Shown here in pieces: positions 1-13,330 of a stretch of 64,000 nucleotides of DNA. A program made the position numbers and the translations under genes. The notes under the pieces were generated by a model. It saw nothing but the letters and a program-made list of their open reading frames with translations. It was not told where the DNA came from and ran no database searches. The stretch lies in the NCBI RefSeq assembly GCF_009914755.1, contig NC_060929.1; one strand, given 5' to 3'. This DNA is from the human T2T-CHM13v2.0 reference genome, Homo sapiens. How positions within the stretch are numbered: position 1 is the first letter of the stretch; each line of letters opens with the position of its first letter.

Positions 1-1766
1 TCATACATTGTGATAAAACTGTAGTTATACTGATATAAAGCAAGACTAATATGCTAGAAAATAATATTTCTGCATACATCCTTTAATGATTATCTGTTGG
101 AAACACATAATGTGGCAGAAAACAATCTCTTTAACAGAATAGAAGGTACATGCAATATCCCCAAAAATACATAAATTCTAGAAGCACCATGAGAACACGT
201 TATCTAAACATTAGAAGAATCTAAATATAACCAGTGTTTAAAAGAGCCCATTTTCTATCAAGGTAATCAAACTGTTATTAAAATTTATCAGTACAAAAAT
301 AGCTTCACAAACTGCTAATGTATATGTCTTTTCTGAACTCTCGAAAATATGACAACAATTATTTATCTATATTGTACCATATTTGAGGATCAAAAAATTG
401 TAATGAACAAAATGAAAACTTTTAGTTTTCAGTATTACATTGTGACAGCACTGGAATACTATAAAATCAACTATTTCCAAGATAATTTTCAGTGGCTTTA
501 AATCTTTTTAAAAAAATCTATTATTATTTATTAAAAAAAAAAGTAAATTCTAGAATTCTAGACAGCTGATGCTATGAAGCAAACAAGAATTCCCTGGAAA
601 GAGAACAAAACCTTCCCTCTTACGTATATGCCAGCCTATTAGTATATAGCTACTTTACTTGATATATAGCTAATCTAAGATTGGTTTCAAAGGATGTTCA
701 AGTGTATACCTGCTCAATCTCAAAAGATATTATCATTTAGGTTAAAAAATGTTTTTAGAAAGAAATAGCAATTTAGATAAAATTTAATAACATTTCCCCC
801 CAAAAAATCAGTAAACATTTCATCCTCATGATCTCCCTTTTTTACACGTCTCTAAACTTTAAAAATAAGTACACTAAAACAGTATTAATTCACTGAAGCT
901 TATTCAATAAGAATGTTTTTGCATAGTTTATGACAAGGATACAGTACTATAGCACTTGACTAAGGAGTATTGAGCAGCTCATACATTTAAAATTTAGTTC
1001 AGCTGTATAGCTAAAAATCAAAGAAAGTAGTAAATGATTCAAGGTAATCTATAATGCCACTGAATCAGGTATGATATAAAAAGTTGTAATAGCTTAGTAA
1101 ATAAGTTTTTCAAAAGTCCAAAAGTAATTTTAGAAAAGTATTTGTGAATTTGCTTTAAGAATAACACAGTGGAGGAGGACTAGATGAGGGCAGAGATGAA
1201 ACAAGACTGGCCATTTTTTCATAACTGTTGAAGGCAGGTGACATGTTTATAGGAGTTCATTATAGTATTTTCTCTCTGATGTATGCTTGAAAATTTTTAT
1301 AATAAAAAGTTATAAATACTAAAAATGTTTTAAATCTTGCTTATTTCTCTAAAGCTAAGTAACTTTTTAAGAAAGACTTAAAGAACAAACTAACCACATT
1401 ACTAAAACTTTCAGTGCTAAATGAAAAGTAGGACCTTCTTTTGACATGTTAATTAACAAATTCATGAGGTTTAGTCAAAAATTTGAATTTTAAGAAAAGA
1501 ACAAATGGCTTGCTAAGTAGCTATTACTACAGTCAACTCTTAACTAATCTGACTGACTAGATCACTGTTCCCTATATCCCATCTTTTTTATTTTTAGCAC
1601 ATAGACATTCTAGTGATTTTGCTCCTTATTTAGCAGTAAAATGGAATCAACTAAAACAGAAATACTGGCAAAAAATTTTTTTGCTATTCATTCTTCTCTG
1701 CTAAAACACATATTGGAGAAGGAAGGCAATATAGTCTAAATAAGCATTAAAAACTTAAGATTTTAT

Positions 1767-2360
<594 letters not shown>

Positions 2361-3841
2361 ATAAGATTTTAATTGTGTTCCTTTGTGATGGGAAAAAATA
2401 ATACTGTACCCAGTTTAAAAACTTGTGAGTTTTAGATTTCAATAAAATTTATTTCAATAATCTGTTTCTAATCATGAAACACGGATCTTATTTCCATATA
2501 GGTCTCCTAGGATAGGAACAGTTACTAACTTCCTGACACAACAATGTGCTTGTGTTGGGTATTTGCCTAATGTACTGTAACTGACAGTGCATACCAGAAT
2601 CAGAGAGCTGAGTTGTAGACTCACAGTTGTTACTAATGAACTATGTGACTTACGCAACTCACCTAACCTCTGGGATTTAGTCTTCCACATGCCAAAGGCA
2701 CACACTTTCAAACTTTGACATTTTACAATATAGTCAGCGCACACACATATATGTACACTACTGAAACAGTTTCTACCCTCAATATGAGTTTTACTCTAAT
2801 GTTTTCTCTTTGGTTTCATTACATTTCATTTTTCAGAAAGCCACGAATGGCCTATTAAATTGATATCAAACTACCACAGTTTGGAAAATCATGGATTATA
2901 TCATCTCTGAGGTTTCTTCTAGCTCTGATATTCTGGGATTCTAGCATTAACTTAAAATACTCAGTGTTCTATACCTCAGGTGGAAATCTTGTTTTCAGTC
3001 AAGTAACTAGTGAATACTGATTAATACTGATTAATGTAAAATCAAAACAAGTTCAGAGAATGTCTTAAAAAAATCCTGTGAAGTATTTTTCTGTAAGAAC
3101 TACAAGATTATGTAATACCTTTCACATAATTAAAAACTTAAATTGACCTGTTAAATTTTATATTCAGAACTCTGTCAAGTATCTCCATGACTCATCTATA
3201 AATTCCAGTAGTCAAAGCAGCTATGTACTTCAAGTCAAAGTAACTCTTATTAGACTCTTGAGAACAGAGAAAAATCGTAGAGAAGACCAATTCCAGGTAG
3301 TAACTCCAAATACTAAGGATTAACAAAATCGTAGACATTTAGAAAATTTTAGGTGCATAAAGTAAACTAGAAATAGCTTTTACAAATGTTAAATACAGAA
3401 TTTATTTCTAAATGCTACAGTATTCCACACAGATGGCTCAATTTAAGTGTTAGCCAAAGAAATCAAGTATATAATTATGTTCAGTGAAGTTTTAAGTCTG
3501 TTTATTAAATGGATATGTTAAATATAGTTTAATAGGAAGAAAATTTTTCCTTTCCTCAACATAGTAAAATATTTTTTAAAATTGCATACTAATATGATTA
3601 TTTAATTGTAACTGCATATTTTAAAAGACTATGTAATGTAAACATATTATTCAGATAGAAACAACTAAAATTTTTCATGTGTTCAGTCATCTTTATCACT
3701 ATAAACAGAAAATATCGTTATACCACAACAATAAATCTATAACTCCACAATATATCTACTGTTTTATGTAAAATTATTAGCACTGTTAGCAACAAATTAG
3801 AATAGCCTCACAGTTTTCCTCTGTTCATTCCTAAACAAACC

Positions 3842-4157
<316 letters not shown>

Positions 4158-5160
4158 TAACTAATTTTTTCTTCTTCCTCAGCCTGACAATGAGGTCTCC
4201 CAATGTTAGCCTCTACTAAGCCTCTACTAAGGGCATTTAATCCAATGCCCTTAATATTCAACAAATTTCAATCAAAATAAAAATTCTCATGAGAAAGAGG
4301 GTTGAAGAGTATCTCACTTCAATTTTGCTTAATATGCCAAAGGATTTTTTTAAAATTGGTCCCCAAAAGAAATGTTCAATGAAGGAAAATGTTTTCCTAA
4401 CTTTAACTAAAACTAACCTAGTGAAAAGTTTCCAAAGAAGGACAAAAAATTAACTTTAAAACAGATGACTGATAGGTACTTGTTTTACATTTGCAAGATT
4501 GCAATTGCACAGACCTCCTTACATCCTAAATACACCAAGTATGGCCAATAATGAATGTAACTGGTTTGGAACACATTTAGGATAAATAGTATGTTTTCAG
4601 AGAAACAGATTCTTTTAAAATTCAAAAGCAAGTGAAGACTTATCTCCTGTTAGTTGGTGTGCAAAGATAAATCTGCCATTAACATTAACAAACCCATGCT
4701 AAAAGTTATCCCACTGTTTCCTTCTGTGAAATCACGTGGTGAGATCATCTCAAAGACTATGATAAAGCTTAATTTCAGAGTGGAAAGCCTACTTAAAAAA
4801 AAATTCCAACTTATAACCTTCAAGAACATACACAAAAATAGAAACCAGGTTAATAAAGGAGGCCTTTTAGAGGCTATGTTAAAAGACAGGTAGAAGCAAC
4901 TTACAAGATTTTATTTCACTGAAAAACAATTTGTACTGTAATTAGCCTAGTGCTCCTTTTTCTACATAAAGGAAATGTTCACTGCAGTCCATCTATGCAA
5001 CTATAAACTATAAATTAATAAAAAGTTTGTGTATTTCATTTCTGAGGTTAACAGAAGCAGTAAAAAAAAAAAAAAAAAAAGTCAAAGTCAACCTGGAGTT
5101 TTCACTCAAAGCTTGTAACTACAAGGGTTCCTGAAACCAAACATTTCCATATTTACACAT

Positions 5161-5194
5161 TTACTTAATCATAATTGCTGAATTGAATCTGTAC
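5161..5194 (-). CDS. HOMER1: Homer1a-specific C-terminal tail from intron 5 read-through (RYRFNSAIMIK*)
   Basis: The ORF continues past the exon 5 donor to TAA at 5163-5161. 5+157+132+93+140+34=561 nt = 186 aa plus stop, the known Homer1a length. Confidence 0.93.
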
Positions 5195-5334
5195 CTATGT
5201 GAAAATGGCAATGCATTCTGAGTTGGTTCAGCCCTTGGCTCTGAGTTCTGTGTCACATCAGGTGTTCTTTCATCATCTGTCCCGTTGATACTTTCCGGTG
5301 TTAAAGGAGACTGAAGATCCCCGCCTGCGGATTC
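5195..5334 (-). CDS. HOMER1: HOMER1 coding exon 5 (140 nt), hinge region with SPLTP P-motif (residues 138-142)
   Basis: Translates ESAGGDLQSPLTPESINGTDDERTPDVTQNSEPRAEPTQNALPFSH; acceptor tttttttaaag|GAA, donor TAG|gtacag; ends in phase 2. Confidence 0.97.
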
Positions 5335-7066
5335 CTTTAAAAAAAGGGGTGGGGGATAAAAAATAGTTACACTTTTGTTAAAGTACACAATATCATCTTG
5401 AGGTTAAAACTGCCTTTGATGTATGCTTACTGATGAACCAAATTTCAACTGAAATTTGAGTCAAAGACTTAAAAACATAAAACATGGAAATTTTTATTTT
5501 TTATTCATGGCAAGCTAGGAGAAAAAGTTTTTTGAAGCTGGGCTACTCACAAGAAAACTCTCTGAAACATACAATTTAGAAACGGAAATATAACACAATT
5601 TAGAAACAGTTTCGAATAATTTAAAAATGTTTGGTTTATTTAACTAATTGGTCAGAATAAAAGATATTCAAAGAATTACTATACTTCAGAAGAAAAGATG
5701 CACAAAAATGCAAGAAGATGTGATTTTGGTGAAAGAAGTAGATAATGGAAGGGGTACAGGAGAAGAAGTGGATGAGGAGAGGGGGAGGGCAAAGGGGTGA
5801 ATGAAATTTGCAACACGTTTTATCTGCCCTACTTTTCAATCCCTATAGAGCTACTTAGAAAAGCAAGAAGAAATGCCTCTATAACCTATTATCTATAATG
5901 ATGTTAGTGCATTTCAACTTATCTTGTCTGGTACTCATAGTGGGATTACTTTTCTTTACAAAATTTCCTGTCTTATTTCTACTTTTCATTAAGATTTTCC
6001 TTTCAAAGTAAATTTATTTAAATAACATTAAAATTTATGTCATTTTAAATAAATTGAATTTAAAATGAAGCTCAAGCTGACACTTATGTCTGCCACCATC
6101 AGATTATCCAAATTTGATATTGGAAATCAGAATGAGGAGTCATTTGATAGACCTATTAACTAGGGGAGGTGCTAAAACCAGACTGTTAAAGAGCAGCTTG
6201 GTGGACCTCTTATGATCCCTGGGCAAAAAAATGTTACAATTGAAATATCTGTCTATATTTGGGAGAAAAAAATAAGTGTCCAACAGGGGAGTGGTTAGGA
6301 ATGATCATAATTTGTCAACTTAAAAAAAATACAAGATTTCCTCTAATAAAAATAAGACAAATATGAGCAATGTAGCATATAATTTTTAAAAATCAGAATG
6401 TAAAACAGTAACTGGGTTATATTTATATCCTTCACATTTAGAATGTTACACATGAAGTGCTAGAAAAAATATGTAAATATTAACGTGGTGAGACTTTTGT
6501 TTTTGAGACTTCTGGTTTTATACTGCTGTATGAATTTTATTTCACATTTAAGTATTTTAACTAATGGTTCCATAATGCTATAAACTATACAAGCTGTTAA
6601 AGATCAAAAGGATACTTTCTTAATTCCACATTATCACTTAACTATTTTTCAATTTTCAGTAAAACTTCTAATTTTGACCTTTAATTTCATTTTTATTAAA
6701 TATTTCTCCTAAATCAGCTGTTTCCTTTAGCTGACAGTCAATGCACGAATAAAATCTACAGTATAATGTGACAATATAAAAATGTTTTACAACAAAGTCA
6801 AATCCTATTAAGTGAATAATGGGAATAGCAATCACAAAGTGACTACTTCTAGGTCAGTTATGGACCATATTAATTAGTCAGAAAAAATTTAACCAGCCAG
6901 TAAGATATCATAAAATAATCATCTCTGGTATTAACAAATCAGGCTTATTTCTCTCCAAGACAGGCCAAGCCAAACTAAAATAATGAAAGGTTGAATGTGC
7001 AACCTGCTAAACAGTTAAATTGGTGAAGATTCAATTCAGTAGAAATGATAACAGAAACAAGTTACC

Positions 7067-7365
7067 GGCCGGGACGTGGTGCCTCACGCCTGTAATCCTT
7101 GGGAGGCCAAGGCAGGCGGATCACCTGAGGTCAGGAGTTCAAGACCAGCCTGGCTGACATGATGAAACCCAATCTCTACAAAAATACAAACAAAATTAGC
7201 TGGGCATGATGGCAGGTGCCTGTAGTCCCAGCTATTCGGGAGGCTGAGGTGGAAGAATCGCTTGAACCTGGGAGGTGGAGGTTCCAGCGAGCCGAGATCA
7301 CTGCACTCCAGCCTGGGCAACAGAGTGAGACTCCATCTCAAAATAAAAAATAAAAATAAAAATAA
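7067..7365 (+). mobile_element. AluS-like element
   Basis: Dimeric Alu with (TAAAA)n tail. Confidence 0.9.
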
Positions 7366-9524
7366 ATTACCTTATTAAACTTAAAGGGCATAACTAGGGT
7401 TAGCAATTAAGGATTAACTCAGGGATTTGCTGGAACTGGTTGACAAGAGTGTGCAAAAGTACATTAGGATCAAAAGAGAGAGAGGAAGAGCAGTAGCAGT
7501 TTGACTCATGGTTGTTACCATCTTCTGGGATAAATGCTCCGGTCACTTTGAGGGTAATATAAGAGGGAGTAGGGTTTGAGGCATGGAACTTGGGGAGGCT
7601 ACAAATGTTAATGCTACTAAAGTAGAAAGACTGTTCCCAGGGGCAAGTTAAGAAGGGGAGAAAGAAAGGGATAGAGGTTGTAGCAATTCCAACATCTCAA
7701 AGCAGCAAGTTTTTCTTCAGAAAACTTGAATATTAGCTATATTTAAGTAAAGGCATAGTTATCCTAGGTCATTATACCTAAAGTAAAAAACAAAAAGCCC
7801 ACCCAAAGCATGGTATTTTATTTTTTTAATTTAATTTTTTATTCTGAACCGATCGAGAACTTGGGTTTTTTTAAAGTCAGTTTTAAAAATATAAAATTAG
7901 TATTTACTGATGAGAAACAACAAAAAATTCCAACAGTACATGAGGGCACAAAAGGAAAATGAAACCCTCTTTCCCTCCAACTACCGCAGAGGTAGCCAAA
8001 AGTATTCTGCAAAACCTTCCAGAAATTTTGCATATGCTAAAAATAGTACTTGAAACATGTTTTTTATTTAACATATTCTAAGCATCTATTTCTTTTTTAA
8101 TCTAAATTGTGTGTAATTTCCTAAACATCCTACTTCAGTTATTCTTTTTTGGGGTGTGTGTGTGTGTGTGTATACCCAAAGCTGATAAGAAAAATGAAAA
8201 AAAAAAGCAAAAAATAAAATGAAATAAAAACAGATGAAATAATCTTTTCTATTGACTTTATATCCTTGCTTTGAGAAAATAAAACCACTTACATCTCATT
8301 TTTTTTCTGAGAAACTCTCCCTATAACTCCCACCAAAACAAATAATCTACAGTAAGAAAAAGGACAGTAACACTGAAGAAAAAATTTATTTTTGGAAGAA
8401 CAAATCTGAGAGAGTATCAAGGAAATCAAAACTAACAGATGCAACCTATTATAAAAAAGGCACCTGAGCACAGATGTGAGATTCAGGAAATGCTTCTTAA
8501 GAATTCTCTCTTCCTACCCATTTGTGAAGTGGGTAACTTAAGTGAAAATTAAAATAAAACCCACAACTGAAATTTTGGCTATGAAAGCCAAAAAATGAGA
8601 AATATTCTAGAACACATGGAAAAAAGTTGACCTTGACCCTCACTCTAGGACAAGCCTTTAGGGTGGTTTCAGTGACCTACTGTGTATTGGAAGGATGGGC
8701 TGGGGAGGTACGCAGCAGCACTGCCATGACCCACTATACCAAATACCACTACCACCTTCCATTTCATGCCAATAAAACCTGAAATTAAATTCCCATTACA
8801 GTTTCAACCTTGTTGGCTTAAGGAAAACAAGGCCCTCTCTTTACCATTTAACAAACATTCATGGAAGACTCAGTCCATTCCAGTTTTATACTTAAACAAA
8901 GATGAGAACACCACTGTTTTCTCAGCAGAGGGCCTGACAGAAAAACTGGGGAGGAGCTAATAGTCTTGAGATCCCATGGCAGTGAGAATGGAAAGAAGAC
9001 AGCAAAACGATACATAAAGGAAGATGAGGTTGAGCTCTCAAACAAGATCCTCATATCCTCAGTCATACATTTTTCCTATAGTTAGTCACCATCCAGAGCC
9101 ACCATTTCTGAAATCCATTTTGTGACAACCACAGAAGTTCTTATAATCTGACTTTCTGGATTAATTTATGCTCTTCCTTCGCTATGTAAAGTATATTGGC
9201 TGATTGATGCTTAGGGTTAGTGGGTTAATTGTTACTCTGCTTGAATATTTTGCAACCACCAGCTGCATCAAATGCTTACCAAGAGTCAGCTGTATGTGTC
9301 CCAAACCTGTTTATGCCAATTCTATTTATATAATTATAAAACTGAATTAAGTACTATGTAAACTACTGATTTTGAATGCAAAACTAGAGTGGTAATTTTA
9401 ATGAAAGCCAGGCTAAATACTTTGAAATGACTAAAATGTAAATGGCTAAAAAATTAAAATAATACTCACAACTGAATTAGGCATATATAATATTCTACAA
9501 TATAATATAATATCTAACATAGGA

Positions 9525-9662
9525 ATAGCTTCAGCATCTCCTAGAAAACTTGTTAGAAATGCAAATCCTTGGGTTCCATCTTAGACCTACTAAATCAGAC
9601 AGTCTGGGAGTGGAGCTCACCGATCTGAGTTTTAGCAAGTCTTTCAGGGAATTCTGATGCAG
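9525..9662. mobile_element. MER5A-like hAT-Charlie MITE fragment
   Basis: cagcatc...cttgttagaaatgcaaat...agacctactaaatcaga...attctgatgca matches the MER5A pattern. Confidence 0.7.
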
Positions 9663-9799
9663 AATTCTGACGCATAGTATTTTTCAAATACATATTGTAT
9701 AAATATACAATTAAGGCATCTGAATTTTTAAAGATAACTGTTAGTGCCAGACAGTATGTTAAGGCCTTACATCATCATCCTCCCCATTACAACCACATC

Positions 9800-10020
9800 A
9801 GTTGTTAACATTTATTAGGCATTTAGTACTATATGCTAAGTACTTTCTAATCCTCATTTAATTCTCACAATATTCCTATTAAGGACATATTGTTCTCATT
9901 CTCATTTTATAGAGGAAGAAAAACAGAGACTTGCCTAAGCTCAGAAAACTATTAAGGGTTGGAGCCCAGTTTCAAATTCAGATTCTAGAACTCCCATTAT
10001 TAACCATGACCTGACACTGT
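9800..10020 (-). mobile_element. MIR
   Basis: MIR core: cattttatagaggaagaaa...cttgcctaagctca. Confidence 0.65.
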
Positions 10021-10423
10021 GTCGTTACCATACTTATTGATGATGATCAATGATTCTATAAGTAATGTAATACTCATGTTATAAATGTATAAACACACTT
10101 GTGTTAAACAACCAAGTGTATTACATGGCAACAGAAAAGTAATTTATATCTAGGTTTGTCTGACTCAAACTTTTAACCAGTCTCTTACACCTCCCTCAAA
10201 TAAAAACAAAAGCTTTGACCAACCAAGTTTCTACTACTATCGATTTTCGTGTTTAACCTATTATCAATTACCCCACTTAACCGTTCTTTTGCTAAATTCC
10301 AGAGTTACGTTACATTCTTCAGGCAGCATTAATTCAGCAGATTGGGTTAAACCACTGAGAATCAAGTAGGGTAGGTATGGCCAATGGTCATACAATTCAA
10401 ACTAAAACAGACACATTAGATAT

Positions 10424-10550
10424 TGTCACCCAGGCTGCAGTGCAGTGACGTGATTGTAGCTCACTGCAGCCTCAAACCCCTGGGCTCAAGCAGTCCTCCC
10501 ACCTTAGCCTCATGAGTAGCTGGGACTATAGGTGCATACCATGCCTGGCT
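10424..10550 (-). mobile_element. Alu monomer fragment (FLAM/AluJ)
   Basis: Single Alu arm, reverse orientation. Confidence 0.75.
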
Positions 10551-11823
10551 GATAAATGCTTTTTAAAAAATGATTCTCTCTGGCTTCTGTATATTAAATT
10601 GACAATTAGGCTTCAAATGTTTTGATAAGATAAATTAAGGTCCATATATTTTGGCTCTCAAATAGTGATGAACTTATTTCCTTATTCTTTATATTTCATA
10701 GTATTTTTCAAATATAAGCATCTTTTATATATTCCTTTAATCAAAGCAGAGGCTTAAAGTCATTCCTTCCACCAAAGAGGAACAAGGTGTTAGCAGCAAC
10801 TTATAATGGTTCATGACCAATTCAACTAAAATGGAAGTTACGATTAGAGAAACGGGAACTAAGTACAATGGCAAAGCTTAATCCATCACACTTTTATTAA
10901 AATCCTTTGAGTACTCTTTTACTGAATGTGCTGTTTGTTGGATCTTCTTATAACACTGGAATCACTCACCAGAGGAACTAGAGCTCCCAATATGTATTGC
11001 CACTTAATTTTAAATGGGGTTTTATGTTTAAAAGTATCACTACACCTTCGCAGCACTTAGAGAAGACAGATTCAAGAGAAGTTTCAAATGATCATCAAAG
11101 TTATTCCAGGTCATTGCATGTACAGACGTATAATGGAGCTTTGGCTTCAATCCAGAGTACACCTTTAGTCTAAGGGAATATGCACTTTAAGCATATTTAA
11201 CAGAGCTCTCCTTTATTCTTATTAAAAAAAAAATCAACTCTCTATACCAGTAGTTTTCCAAATAGAGCTGGGTGATAGAAGTGGAGAGGGAGATAAAGAA
11301 TAAATAATTTTCTAAACTGTTCCAATCATTTGGTTAGTTATTAAATTCCAAGGCAATTCCTATTTTCTTCAAGAAAGTTCCATGTAAATCTGCTACTACT
11401 GACATTATTCCAGAGAAACATTTGTAACATCTGATTCTTCCTTTCCATAAAAGCTACTGAGTACAGTTCAGAAACAATTACTACAGAGGAGAACAGCCAA
11501 AAGCTGAATCCTACTAGTAGGATACAATTAAAATAAAAATTAATTTTAGAAAAGCCTACTATTAAAAAGCTGAAAATAGTGGCATTCTATATTAATCATA
11601 CAGTAAAACCACTGTATTATAAAAGTACCAAAATGTAACTATTTAATCAACTTTACTTGGAGATATAACTTCCAACTGAAGGAAGATTATGATGGACAAG
11701 TAAAAGGTCCTTTGTTAAAAGAAAAAGTAATACTTTTGTAAAACCTATAACCATTGTCTCAGTGCTAAGCATAAAGATGTTCCAACTGTCAGATTTAAGT
11801 ATACTTTAAAAGTATGTAAAACA

Positions 11824-12118
<295 letters not shown>

Positions 12119-12171
12119 TAAAAGTATGTAAAACAAACCCTATTGTTTGTGCGTGTGTGCACGCACGTGCA

Positions 12172-12670
12172 TGTATTTTAACTTTATGTATATTATGACA
12201 TTCTGACATCTTTTAAAAAAATTTTCTGGCTGCAAAGAGACTGCTTCTCCCCTCTAGGGCTAGCTAATTCTTAAGGACAGCAAGAGCCCAGTCCAGAGCA
12301 TGCCTCTGATATGCAAACTAGCCAATCCAGAGCCATACCTCCTCTATCTGATCCATACATCTGATCCAGGAGACAATATTCCTCTAACTTAATCCATCCC
12401 AGGGCCAGTTACCAGACAATGAGGGACCACCCCTACAGTTTAGAGCCCCCTGAAATTATTCAACCCAGCCAATCCTAAACTATTTCCCCTCCCCTGCTTT
12501 ACCTTTCCAATGGAAATTCCAATAAAGCTCTACCTCGGCTTTCCCCTCACTCCTGCTTTCTGTCTCTTGACCACCTTAAGACTTTCCCTGTTTCTAGGAC
12601 CAGCAAGTATAATAAACTTGTTTTCCTGAACTTTTCCTATGACTCCCCTTGTGGTTACATTTGACTATCA
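12172..12670 (+). mobile_element. ERVL solo LTR (MER54/MER73/MER74-like)
   Basis: agggctagctaattctt...gatatgcaaactagccaatccagagcc motif, two CCAAT boxes, AATAAA signals. Confidence 0.65.
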
Positions 12671-12825
12671 CATGATCTTTATGTACTTTTGCTAAGTTAC
12701 AAGCACATTAAATAATTTGAATTGAATTACTAAACTGAAATTTTGATTACAAATATTCTTGTAGGCATTGGCATATAGAAAAACCTTTTTCCACCAGTAC
12801 AAATTAAGTAAAGGGTGCATTTCTC

Positions 12826-13132
12826 TCTCTCTCTTTTTCTTTTTGAGACAGGGTCTTGCTGTTGCCCAGGCTGGAGCACAGTGGCACAATTATAGCTCAC
12901 TGCAGCCTCGACCTCCCAGTCAAGTGATCCTCCTACCTCAGCTTCCCAAGTAGCTGAGACCACAGGCTTGCACCACCACACTTGGCTAATTTTTTTTTTT
13001 TTTTTTTTTTTTTTAATTTGTAGAGATGAGGTCTCCCTATGTTGCTCAGGCTAGTCTTGAAATCCCGGGCTCAAGTAATCCTCCCACCTAAGCCTATCAA
13101 AGTCCTGGGATTACAGGTGTGAGCCACCACAC
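12826..13132 (-). mobile_element. AluJ-like element with target-site duplication
   Basis: taaagggtgcatttct flanks both ends; about 105 nt from the exon 4 donor. Confidence 0.9.
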
Positions 13133-13237
13133 TAAAGGGTGCATTTCTGTGTGTACTTTGGAGATTTAATTCTGGCATGAAGGATATTATCTGAAATGAA
13201 CAAGGTTCATAATTAAGAATAGAAATGATATACCCAC

Positions 13238-13330
13238 CTGTGAAGGTGTACTGGTAAGTTCCATCTTCTCTTGTGATTTTTCCTTTGCTAGTCGAGCAGC
13301 TTCTTTAAATTCCTGAAACTTTTCTGCAAA
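13238..13330 (-). CDS. HOMER1: HOMER1 coding exon 4 (93 nt), EVH1 C-terminal helix
   Basis: Translates FAEKFQEFKEAARLAKEKSQEKMELTSTPSQ; acceptor ttcag|TTT, donor CAG|gtgggt; phase 0-0. Confidence 0.97.

Noticed and set aside
1-1700. Possible Ania-3 terminal exon or Homer1c 36-nt insert
   Set aside because: No convincing match was found; these are expected further into intron 5, probably outside the window.
4208-4231. 11-nt tandem duplication agcctctacta, and similar ones near 3013, 36854, 52266 and 57990
   Set aside because: Ordinary slippage duplications.
5335-5388. N-terminal part of ORF 5161-5388 (MYFNKSVTIFYPPPLFLK)
   Set aside because: It is the translated polypyrimidine tract and acceptor of intron 4.
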